A DNA stretch of 64,000 nt from IMG/VR virus record IMGVR_UViG_3300024999_000053, positions 53,964-117,963 of that record; one strand, 5' to 3'. A program made the translations under genes and the position numbers. The notes under the pieces are model-generated. The model searched no databases, was not told where the DNA came from, and saw only the letters and a program-made list of their open reading frames with translations. Positions 9,386 to 17,779 of the stretch are shown in pieces; positions within the stretch are counted from its first letter, which is position 1; every line of letters begins with the position of its first letter. The stretch is from a virus.

Positions 9386-11242
9386 ATGATTAAATGTATG
9401 TTAGACAGAAAGACTTTTGCAAAGAAACCAAATGGATTTGAATCTAGTGGAATCCAACTAAGATTAATTAAAACAGAAATAGAAATTGAAGAATTAGCAA
9501 ATTTATTGTGCAATGGAGCAACATTTAAACCTGCATATCTTAATGGTACTAAAAGTAAAGATTGGATCAGTCAACAAATATTTGCTTTAGATTTTGATGA
9601 AGGGACTACTATTGCTAAAGAGTTAGAAAGATGTAAGGAGTTAAATATTAATCCAGTATTCGGGTATAAAACATTTTCTTATACAGAATATAAAGAGAAA
9701 TTTAGACTAGTATTTTGTAATAATGAAGTAATAACTGATGTTGAGATAAGGAATGACTTTCAAAATCTATTAATTAAATTATTCTCTAATAGTGATAGTG
9801 TTACTTTTGATCCTACTAGACTATTCTTTGGAGGTAAAGGGTTAATAGAGTGTAATTATAATAATAAAATAAATGTTAAAGAAATAATGGAAAATAATAA
9901 AGATTTATTAAATGAAATAAATAATGATAATAATAAATCTCTTTCTTCTTCAAATAAATCATCTAAGGGTAAATTGAGCTTTCTCAATACTAATACACTA
10001 AACTCTTCTTCTATTAGTATTGCAGAAGCTCACACTCCTACCCCTATGGGCGTTACAGGTGTTTTAGGGAATATTGAGGCTATAAAATCCCTTGATATTG
10101 TTGCTATGAAGGAAATTCTTAATATTGATGAAGAATTTAAAACAATATGTACTAATAAGCAAGAAGTTTATAATTATATGAATGGAATAGACTTGTGTGA
10201 ATTTACAAATATCTATGGAATGATAAATTGTATTCTACCAGAACACGAAGATGATACACCTTCTGCTCATATCTATGAAACAGATAATGGTACTCAGATA
10301 TATAAGTGTTTTGGATGTAAAGCAAAATATACAATAATATCGTTAGTAGAGAAATTAGCAAAATGTAAAAGAGTCAAAGCTATAGAATTTATTAAACAGG
10401 TTTATAATATTGAATTGCAACAAACTGAATGGCAAAAAGAACAATTAGAAATACTCGATACGAATATAGAATTATTGTTGTCCGATGAATTTAAGGAGAT
10501 TTATCCACAGTTACATTCATTAATAAGGACTAGGAAATCTAATCTCATTGCATTAAATAATTATGCCAAGATGAATGTTAAGGACGAGGATTTTAGTCTA
10601 GATGGAAATCCATTATTCTTTGTATCTTTAAATAATTTGATGGACGTATTTGGATCAAAAGATAAAACTAGAACATCTCAAAGTATTACATTATTTACTT
10701 TACTTAGTTTACTTAATAAAATTCCTCATGATAATTTGCCAGAAGAAACTTTAAAGAAAGCAAAACATATTGCTGCAAAATATAAGCATAAGAAGTTGGT
10801 TAATTATTATAGTATTGATCAATATGGAACAGAAACTTTAGAAGAAAGTAATAAGATTGCTATTTTATTAAAGGAAAACAATATTTCTTTGAAGGGTTTG
10901 TCAAGAGAATATTTACTGAGGACTTTTGGCGTAGAATTTACTAATAAGGTATTCCCTCAATATGAATATGAGAATAATTTAGGAACAACAGAACAATCCG
11001 ATGAAAATAGTAGTAGATTAGTTGGATACATATTGAAAGGAATAGAGGTACAAGGATATGTATTAGAGAAAGATTTAAAAGTAAATGGTATGACTGAGAA
11101 TCAATGGAGACGTAGTATTCAGGAAATATTGGATAGTTATGGATTGGTAAAGGTGACTGCTAATAAGGAGATTAAAGAAAAATATAATATTGATTGTCCT
11201 GTTAGAAGTTATCCTAAAATTATTATTAAGAGGGATAACTAA
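9386..11242 (+). CDS. Primase-polymerase (AEP-like) plus CHC2 zinc-finger replication protein
   Basis: IFALDFD, KFRLVF, D.TRLFFG N-domain; CILPEHEDDTPSA...YKCFGC zinc finger. Confidence 0.7.
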   Translation: MIKCMLDRKTFAKKPNGFESSGIQLRLIKTEIEIEELANLLCNGATFKPAYLNGTKSKDWISQQIFALDFDEGTTIAKELERCKELNINPVFGYKTFSYTEYKEKFRLVFCNNEVITDVEIRNDFQNLLIKLFSNSDSVTFDPTRLFFGGKGLIECNYNNKINVKEIMENNKDLLNEINNDNNKSLSSSNKSSKGKLSFLNTNTLNSSSISIAEAHTPTPMGVTGVLGNIEAIKSLDIVAMKEILNIDEEFKTICTNKQEVYNYMNGIDLCEFTNIYGMINCILPEHEDDTPSAHIYETDNGTQIYKCFGCKAKYTIISLVEKLAKCKRVKAIEFIKQVYNIELQQTEWQKEQLEILDTNIELLLSDEFKEIYPQLHSLIRTRKSNLIALNNYAKMNVKDEDFSLDGNPLFFVSLNNLMDVFGSKDKTRTSQSITLFTLLSLLNKIPHDNLPEETLKKAKHIAAKYKHKKLVNYYSIDQYGTETLEESNKIAILLKENNISLKGLSREYLLRTFGVEFTNKVFPQYEYENNLGTTEQSDENSSRLVGYILKGIEVQGYVLEKDLKVNGMTENQWRRSIQEILDSYGLVKVTANKEIKEKYNIDCPVRSYPKIIIKRDN

Positions 11243-11243
11243 T

Positions 11244-11966
11244 ATGCAGAATAATTTAGTTTATAAATTCTATAATAGCAATAATGAATTACTTTATGTT
11301 GGTATCACAAATAGTATGAAACTTAGGCTAAAGCAACACAAGCAAGATAAAGAATGGTTTACTGAAATCAAAAAAATATGTGTTAGTGATAAAATGACTA
11401 GGAATGAAGCACATATCTATGAAATATACTATATTGCAAATGAAAATCCAAAATATAATGTAGACTATATCAATGGTGGCAAGGTAAGTTTTATGATGGG
11501 TGAATTATCATTCAAAGAATATAAAAAAGAGAAGAGAAAGAAGATAGACGTTGATGTTGTTTTGAGAATGTATAATGAAGGTAAATCAATAGATGAAATA
11601 GCCACAGAATTAAAATACTCTACTGAATACATTACTCAAAACTTGAGATCAAAATTAATAGAATTAGGGGAAGTAAAACCAAATCGTAGAAATGGGAAAA
11701 ATGAAAGATTTGAAATGTTTGTTAATTGTCTTACATACTTGTCTAATAAAAAATATTTTACAATAGAAGATATTGTATATAAGTTCATGAATGATTATGA
11801 ATGTACAGAGGAAACTGCAAAAACATATTATAAAGACGAGTTTGCAGTTTTACTTATTGAAGAGGTTAATAAAATAGGTTTGAAAAGAATTAGAGCGAAT
11901 AAGATAATTAAAGAGCAATTTGGAATGATAGGGGATGGGTATCCATTTATTATTTGTGAAATTTAA
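11244..11966 (+). CDS. GIY-YIG nuclease plus HTH plus C-terminus paralogous to the upstream primase
   Basis: VYKFY...LLYVGIT...RLKQH; HTH GKSIDEIATEL; RBS GAGGG before ATG 11244. Confidence 0.75.
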   Translation: MQNNLVYKFYNSNNELLYVGITNSMKLRLKQHKQDKEWFTEIKKICVSDKMTRNEAHIYEIYYIANENPKYNVDYINGGKVSFMMGELSFKEYKKEKRKKIDVDVVLRMYNEGKSIDEIATELKYSTEYITQNLRSKLIELGEVKPNRRNGKNERFEMFVNCLTYLSNKKYFTIEDIVYKFMNDYECTEETAKTYYKDEFAVLLIEEVNKIGLKRIRANKIIKEQFGMIGDGYPFIICEI

Positions 11967-11996
11967 TAATAAATCAATAAAAGGAGTGGATACTTA

Positions 11997-12221
11997 ATGA
12001 GTAACAATTGCAAATACTGTTCTAATAATAAATCTGATGAGATTAATGAGATTATTATTTCAAATAAAGATAATATATGGAATGAAGATGAAGAATTTTT
12101 CATTTATATAGAAGACAATTTAATGATTATGTTGGAAGCAGACGATAATGGTTCAAGTTATCTTGGAGATAGGGTAATTAATTATTGTCCAATGTGTGGA
12201 AGGAAATTGAATGATAAGTAA
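11997..12221 (+). CDS. Small zinc-ribbon phage protein
   Basis: CKYC...INYCPMCGRKL. Confidence 0.75.
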   Translation: MSNNCKYCSNNKSDEINEIIISNKDNIWNEDEEFFIYIEDNLMIMLEADDNGSSYLGDRVINYCPMCGRKLNDK

Positions 12222-12241
12222 GTTATAAATAAATATCCCCA

Positions 12242-12271
12242 TTGACATAAATATAAAAATAATGTTACAAT
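12242..12271 (+). promoter_or_regulatory. sigmaA promoter TTGACA-18-TACAAT (extended -10)
   Basis: Near-consensus boxes with TG. Confidence 0.65.
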
Positions 12272-12276
12272 ACATT

Positions 12277-12368
12277 TGTAAATGATTCATTATTATTTTC
12301 CATTTCATTTACACTCTCTTTCTTTGTGAGGGAGTTCTAATTTTATTAGGATTCCCTCTATTTTTTTC
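12277..12368 (+). ncRNA. Candidate small RNA ending in an intrinsic terminator
   Basis: Promoter upstream, no RBS-led ORF, hairpin TGTAAATGA/TCATTTACA, terminator GAGGGA...TCCCTC plus T-run at 12328-12367. Confidence 0.45.
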
Positions 12369-12591
12369 TTTTTATTAGTTTCTAAACATTTATTATGAAT
12401 CATAATTTAAATCATGTTTCATAAATGATATTTCTAATAATAATTAATATGATAATTATCAAGATATTATAAATGATAATAAATATAATTACATATTCAA
12501 TTATTAATTAATGCAAAAATAAAATCCCTTGACTTCTGCACTAGATTGTGCTATGATAAGTCATCTGAAATAAGGGGAGAGTGCTAATATT

Positions 12592-12894
12592 ATGTTAAGT
12601 TCTGTTATATATGGGGTACTGAATAAAGTTTTAGACATAACAGGAGAGGTAGATTGTAATTTAGTGGATAATTGTAGACTAGAATTAATGGTAGACAAAA
12701 TATCATGTGAAGATTTTGTTCAGAAGACCAAGCATTTTATACTAGAAGAAGATATTTTGAGCTACAATGAAAAAGATTCTAAATTTGTTTTAAAAGTTAC
12801 TATGAATTTAACAGAAGACTTTATAAACAAAGTAATCGCTTATGCAAAACAATATTGTTTAGAGGAATTTGAAGAAATGAAGAAAAATAAGTAA
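12592..12894 (+). CDS. Hypothetical protein with own sigmaA promoter (TTGACT...TATGAT near 12530)
   Basis: RBS AAGGGGAGAG; promoter; downstream hairpin. Confidence 0.65.
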   Translation: MLSSVIYGVLNKVLDITGEVDCNLVDNCRLELMVDKISCEDFVQKTKHFILEEDILSYNEKDSKFVLKVTMNLTEDFINKVIAYAKQYCLEEFEEMKKNK

Positions 12895-13126
12895 GTAATT
12901 AACTGAATAAAGGGGAATTAAATTTCCCTTTCCTCTTTTACATTTGTATAAATACAAAAATAAAATTATCCTTGACAATAAAATATGCTAGTGGTATAGT
13001 TAGGACAAGAGAAAGCGAGGTGAGGGAATATATGATTGTATTAGCAGATATCAATACATAAATTACAAAGTTTACAATCTCCATAAATTAAAAAATAAAA
13101 TAATAAACGAAAGAGGTAATTTGTAA

Positions 13127-13369
13127 ATGAATCAAAATATTATTAATGCAAAAGTTAAAATTGTAACAGTTGATGGAAAAGAATATATCCAATTAGAAGG
13201 TGATACAATGGTTGATGAAATGAGTGGTCGAATATTTGTTGCAAGAATGAGTTTAGAAGATGTAAAATATTCTGTTGGTATGGGAGAAGATGGTAATAGA
13301 ACTGGTGATATTACATTTAAACTTTCTCCCGATGAAAGTCATCAGATGGTGAGTTATAGTTTTAGGTAA
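13127..13369 (+). CDS. Hypothetical protein
   Basis: RBS AGAGG; TTGACA-17-TATAGT promoter at 12972. Confidence 0.65.
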   Translation: MNQNIINAKVKIVTVDGKEYIQLEGDTMVDEMSGRIFVARMSLEDVKYSVGMGEDGNRTGDITFKLSPDESHQMVSYSFR

Positions 13370-13454
13370 GTTAGTAAATTACCCATAGCAGAGGGGTTAT
13401 ACTCTGCTGATTAATTACTAAATGCACAAATAAATATATAGGAGATGATTTATT

Positions 13455-13745
13455 ATGATGCAATTTATACATGGATCAAGACAATTAATAGATAGTTTAG
13501 TTTGTAATTATTGTGAAATAAAATCTAATAATTATATTGAAGCAGAATATCGAGAAAATGAAGAATATGATGTAAAATGGTCTTGTGATAATTGTGGTAA
13601 AGAAAATAATATACATATGACTTCTACTATTAAGGGAGGTTTCGCACTTCCACCTAGTTATGGCAGAGAAATAATTGTAATGCCAAATTGGAAAGTTCTT
13701 AAAGAACATGTGATTGAATTACCAAAAGGTACATGTATTATTTAA
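13455..13745 (+). CDS. Hypothetical zinc-binding protein
   Basis: CNYC and CDNC; AGGAG RBS. Confidence 0.6.
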   Translation: MMQFIHGSRQLIDSLVCNYCEIKSNNYIEAEYRENEEYDVKWSCDNCGKENNIHMTSTIKGGFALPPSYGREIIVMPNWKVLKEHVIELPKGTCII

Positions 13746-13848
13746 AATATAGTTTTAATAAAAGTAAAGTTAATAAATAAAATATACGGGAGAGAACTTG
13801 CAAGTGTAATGGGTGGCCACCCTCCCTGATCAGGAGGATGATTTAATA

Positions 13849-14847
13849 TTGGAAGAGAACGTTTTTATGGTTGAATACATAATTGAGAATGGTTTAGATA
13901 AATTAGCATATGGTTTTATTTATATAACTACTAATTTAATTAATGAGAAGAAATATATTGGTCAAAAGATTTTTGACGATTATGGAAATGGTAGATGGAG
14001 GAAATATTTAGGTAGTGGGAAATATTACAAAAGAGCAGAAAGTTTATATGGAAAAGATAATTTTTCCAGAATTATTGTTGCAATTGCTTATTCTAAAGAA
14101 GAACTTAATGAGTTAGAAATGATATTTATAAAAAAATATAATGCCGTAAAAAATATAAATTTTTACAATATAACCGAAGGAGGAGGTGGAATGTCAGGAT
14201 ATCGTCTATCAGAAGAAACTATTCAAAAAATACGTAAGAAAAATTTAAATATGTCTAAAGAGACAAAGGATAAAATGAGTAAATCAGCAAAAGGTAAAAT
14301 TGTCTCAGAAGAAACAAAGCAAAGAATGAGTGCATCTCACTTTGGAAATAAACACTCAAAAGATACTATACAAAAAATGAAAAAACCAAAAACCGAAGAA
14401 CATAAATTAAAAGTCGGTTTGGCGTTAAGGGGGAGAAAAAGAACAGAAGAACACAATAGAAAATTAAGTATCGCATTAAAAGGAAAGAAACACTCTTTAG
14501 AAACCATAGAGAAATTTAAATTAATACAAAAAGGTGAAAGAAACCCAATGTATGGTAAACATCATTCAAATGAAACAAAAAATAGAATTCGTAAATCAAA
14601 AATTGGACGCTGTTTAGGAGAGGATAACCCCAATGCAAAAAAAGTTATATGTATCAACACATTTAAAATATTTTCAACTCTAAAAGAAGGAGCCAGTTTT
14701 TATAATGTTTGTGAATCAAGTATATCACTATGTTGTAACAAAAAGTTAAAATCAGCAGGTAAACATCCAATTACAAATGAAAAATTAGTCTGGCAATATT
14801 ATTCAGAATACATAAAGTCAAACCCTCCACTTCCAACTGCAATATGA
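13849..14847 (+). CDS. GIY-YIG homing endonuclease with NUMOD3 repeats and NUMOD1-like C-terminus
   Basis: GFIYITTNLINEKKYIGQK, YLGSG, FYNI; repeats SEETKQRMS/HSLET/NPMYGKHHS; TTG start after AGGAGG. Confidence 0.9.
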   Translation: MEENVFMVEYIIENGLDKLAYGFIYITTNLINEKKYIGQKIFDDYGNGRWRKYLGSGKYYKRAESLYGKDNFSRIIVAIAYSKEELNELEMIFIKKYNAVKNINFYNITEGGGGMSGYRLSEETIQKIRKKNLNMSKETKDKMSKSAKGKIVSEETKQRMSASHFGNKHSKDTIQKMKKPKTEEHKLKVGLALRGRKRTEEHNRKLSIALKGKKHSLETIEKFKLIQKGERNPMYGKHHSNETKNRIRKSKIGRCLGEDNPNAKKVICINTFKIFSTLKEGASFYNVCESSISLCCNKKLKSAGKHPITNEKLVWQYYSEYIKSNPPLPTAI

Positions 14848-14889
14848 CCAAATACATAAATAAATTATTCTATCCATTAAAGCAAATTT

Positions 14890-14968
14890 TGAGGACTAAC
14901 AATTAGATAGTGCAATATCTAATAAAAGTAAAAGAATACTCACTCCTCTACTTTTAAGTTAGTCCTCA
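14890..14968 (+). ncRNA. Three-way-junction leader RNA, probable copy C
   Basis: Outer stem TGAGGACTAAC/GTTAGTCCTCA; ATTAGATA-GTGCAA-TATCTAAT; AAAAGTA/TACTTTT. Confidence 0.5.
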
Positions 14969-15012
14969 TTAATATAAATAATTTATTATAAATTGGATGA
15001 GGTGATATAAAA

Positions 15013-15384
15013 ATAAAAATCGAAATAGGAAGCACAAGAATAGTTTTTGTATTTAATAAATTTGTGATTAAAATTCCTAATCTATTCGTTCAATATGACC
15101 ATTTTCTTTATGGATTATTAGCAAATTTAAAAGAAAAGAATATGTCAGGTAAACATAAAGATTTAGCAAAAGTCTTTTATTGCAATAATCTTGGAATATT
15201 TTTAATTATGGAAAAAGCAGAAGTTGTATTAAATGATATAGACATTGGTGAGTTTTGTGATTTATTAACTGATAAATATAAGGATGATAAATTAAAAGAA
15301 TTTATGTTGTCGGATTGGAAACCTAGTAACTGGGGTTATATACGAGGGAGATTAGTAAAAATTGATTATGGAGATTTTAAGTAA
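15013..15384 (+). CDS. Minimal protein-kinase-like protein (probable ATA start)
   Basis: GSTR loop, VIKIP lysine, IMEKA hinge, DWKPSN catalytic loop, IDYG; RBS GAGGTGA before in-frame ATA 15013. Confidence 0.6.
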   Translation: MKIEIGSTRIVFVFNKFVIKIPNLFVQYDHFLYGLLANLKEKNMSGKHKDLAKVFYCNNLGIFLIMEKAEVVLNDIDIGEFCDLLTDKYKDDKLKEFMLSDWKPSNWGYIRGRLVKIDYGDFK

Positions 15385-15428
15385 GTTTAAGAAGGATTAA
15401 TTATATTAATTTAAGGAGGTGATATAAA

Positions 15429-15539
15429 ATGGAAACTATTAAATTATCTATTGAAGAAGTTATTAAAATATTGGAATCTAAGACAGATAAAGATCAAAAT
15501 ACTTTTAAAATAATAAATGCATTGAAAGGACTTGAATAA
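15429..15539 (+). CDS. Small hypothetical protein (36 aa)
   Basis: AAGGAGGTGA RBS. Confidence 0.55.
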   Translation: METIKLSIEEVIKILESKTDKDQNTFKIINALKGLE

Positions 15540-15833
15540 ATGAATGAAATAAGTAAAGAAGAAAGACAAGTAATTATTGATAATTTTAATTATGAACATA
15601 ATAAATTATTTTTAAGAATGGAGTACAAACCAATTATCGATCAGATTTTAGACTTATTATCTGACAATAAAATAACTCTTGATAATGCTATTTCTATCTT
15701 AGATTGGACAAAAGATGAAATAGAGAATATGAAAATTGTTAGGGGAGGAAATGTGCCAAAATATTTCAGTTCAGCTCATTATATTAATTCTGTAAATTGT
15801 GTAGGTCAATGTGTCAAGGATGTAATGGAATAA
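15540..15833 (+). CDS. Hypothetical protein
   Basis: Abuts upstream stop, AAAGGA RBS. Confidence 0.6.
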   Translation: MNEISKEERQVIIDNFNYEHNKLFLRMEYKPIIDQILDLLSDNKITLDNAISILDWTKDEIENMKIVRGGNVPKYFSSAHYINSVNCVGQCVKDVME

Positions 15834-15875
15834 GAGACTGTATTTAAATTATTAAGTAGTAAAAGAGGTGATATA

Positions 15876-16016
15876 ATGGAAAAGTTTTTAAATGAATTGA
15901 GTTCAGTTTGGAATGATTTTTCAGATGAGGCGAGAGATAATTGGGCAATATTGCTTGGTGGTAAGAATGGTAAGAGTGAAGTTATGGCTATTATGAGTAA
16001 GGAAGATGATATATAA
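15876..16016 (+). CDS. Small protein (46 aa) resembling a tape-measure core segment
   Basis: GAGGTGA RBS; FLNELSSVWNDFSDEARDNWAILLGGK. Confidence 0.5.
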   Translation: MEKFLNELSSVWNDFSDEARDNWAILLGGKNGKSEVMAIMSKEDDI

Positions 16017-16107
16017 AAGAGTGCTGGTAACACTCTCTGGGAAATAATTTATGTAGTGAGAGCAAATAAAAATAAATGGGTGATGGCCGACATTAAGGAG
16101 AAAATAT

Positions 16108-16707
16108 ATGATTTATTTATTGGACGAAATTAATTTATTAACACAATTGAATTCTTTAGGGAAAATTAAGAGCAAAATTATCAATATAGATACAGGAGAA
16201 TTAATTTTAGATAGATTAGAAGTGGCATCTCAGAATAAAGAGTTAATACATACACAATGGTTAAGAGGAATTGGAAAGACACATGGATTAGTTAAATTTG
16301 CTAAGAAATATGGGTATATTGTTTTTCATCCAAATGCAACACAAATTATAGAAGAAGAGGGATATAAATATATTTATGGATGGTATGAAGTACATAATGC
16401 TAAAAGAGAAACAGATATAAGAAATGTAGTGATTGATGAAGGTTTTAGCGATTCACAAATTATGACCATAAAAGAACATGGTTTTAAAATAATCACTGGA
16501 TTTTATACTTGCTCCAAAATAAAAGACGAAAGACCATTTAGTGAAAAAGTATTAGAAACCCTTGTAGGCGAAATAGAGGAACTTACTCCTAAATTGGAGA
16601 AACTTAGAAAAAGTGAGGACTATGGGACATATAAGAATCTGATCAATGCTTATAAAGAAATTTTAGGTTTAATACAAAATCATATACAAAATTACGATAT
16701 TAAGTAA
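16108..16707 (+). CDS. Small P-loop NTPase-like protein
   Basis: RGIGKT and VVIDEG motifs. Confidence 0.5.
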   Translation: MIYLLDEINLLTQLNSLGKIKSKIINIDTGELILDRLEVASQNKELIHTQWLRGIGKTHGLVKFAKKYGYIVFHPNATQIIEEEGYKYIYGWYEVHNAKRETDIRNVVIDEGFSDSQIMTIKEHGFKIITGFYTCSKIKDERPFSEKVLETLVGEIEELTPKLEKLRKSEDYGTYKNLINAYKEILGLIQNHIQNYDIK

Positions 16708-16719
16708 ACTAGTAAACAA

Positions 16720-16755
16720 ATACTCCTAACTGCTTTAATTAGTAGTTAGGAGTAT
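16720..16755. terminator. Bidirectional terminator-like hairpin between convergent genes
   Basis: ATACTCCTAACTGCT...AGTAGTTAGGAGTAT. Confidence 0.7.
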
Positions 16756-16782
16756 CAATATAAGAATTAGAGAATAATTATT

Positions 16783-17055
16783 CTATTTCCACTTTTCATT
16801 TTCTTCGGTATCTTTTAATTTTTCTTCTTCAGTTTTAATTCTCATAAAGAACATAAGATAACCACAATCATTGCATATTTGTGTAATAGTTGGTGCATGA
16901 TTTATTGTAAGCCCTGGTGATTCCATACGAATACAAGCAACCATGTTAAACGGTTTAACATTTTCACTTTTACATATTGGACAAGTTATTGGGAAATTTG
17001 GATTTCTTTGGGAATTTATGCTTGTGTCTCCAGTTGTATACACATATTTAGACAT
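16783..17055 (-). CDS. Zinc-ribbon protein
   Basis: CPIC and CNDCGY; GGAGG RBS before ATG 17055. Confidence 0.7.
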   Translation of the reverse strand: MSKYVYTTGDTSINSQRNPNFPITCPICKSENVKPFNMVACIRMESPGLTINHAPTITQICNDCGYLMFFMRIKTEEEKLKDTEENEKWK

Positions 17056-17224
17056 TGATTTAATACCTCCTATCTTAGTTATAATCATTGGATAATATGT
17101 GCATGTATATTATACCATTATTCATCGTAATTATACTAATCTAAACTGCAGTTTAGATAGTTTTATTTATCCAATAAAAGTATGTTTTCCTGCGGTAAGT
17201 TAAATTTAATAATAGGAGTAAATA

Positions 17225-17369
17225 ATGAAAAATAATGATAGAGTTTTTATTGTCAGTAAAGAAAAAATCAAAGCAGTTTTTAGAAGATAGTAAAAAGAAT
17301 GTTATTAGTCCTGAATTTTTGAAGAAATGTTTGTATGCTTATAAGATGTTGAATAAGGGAAGGGAATAG
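17225..17369 (+). pseudogene. Small gene with +1 frameshift in an A6 run
   Basis: Removing one A yields MKNNDRVFIVSKEKSKQFLEDSKKNVISPEFLKKC...RE*. Confidence 0.5.
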
Positions 17370-17382
17370 GAGGAAAATTATT

Positions 17383-17568
17383 ATGTCTGGTTTGACACCT
17401 AAAAAGAAAGAAGAATTGAAACAGATGATGGGTAAGTATTCAGGGAAAGTTGGATTGAGTTTGTTGTTGAGGGAGAATAGGGATGTAGATGATATTATTC
17501 CTATTAATTGGTCTGAGGATGTTTTGAGTGGTAAGAAGAGGGTTTTGATTTGTGGGTGTGATGATTAG
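17383..17568 (+). CDS. Hypothetical protein
   Basis: AGGAGG RBS; terminator at 17605-17627. Confidence 0.6.
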   Translation: MSGLTPKKKEELKQMMGKYSGKVGLSLLLRENRDVDDIIPINWSEDVLSGKKRVLICGCDD

Positions 17569-17662
17569 AGTTAGTTTATATAATTTTATATTGATTTAGT
17601 TTTTGAGAGCTGTTTAGGCTCTTTTTTGTTTTGTTTGGGTTTTTAAGTGAAATTGAATTTAA

Positions 17663-17754
17663 TATTGGTTGGATAGGAGTCAGGCCAGACTTTTATCTGT
17701 AAAACGAGACACTTTAGTTTTCCTTAGAACTTGAGTGTCTTATTCCAATTAGTA
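17663..17754 (+). ncRNA. Three-way-junction leader RNA, copy D
   Basis: Outer stem TATTGGTTGG/CCAATTAGTA; ATAGGAGTC-AGGCCA-GACTTTTAT; GAGACACT/AGTGTCTT with TTCCTTA loop. Confidence 0.55.
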
Positions 17755-17779
17755 AACCTATTAAGGAAGGGGATAAATA

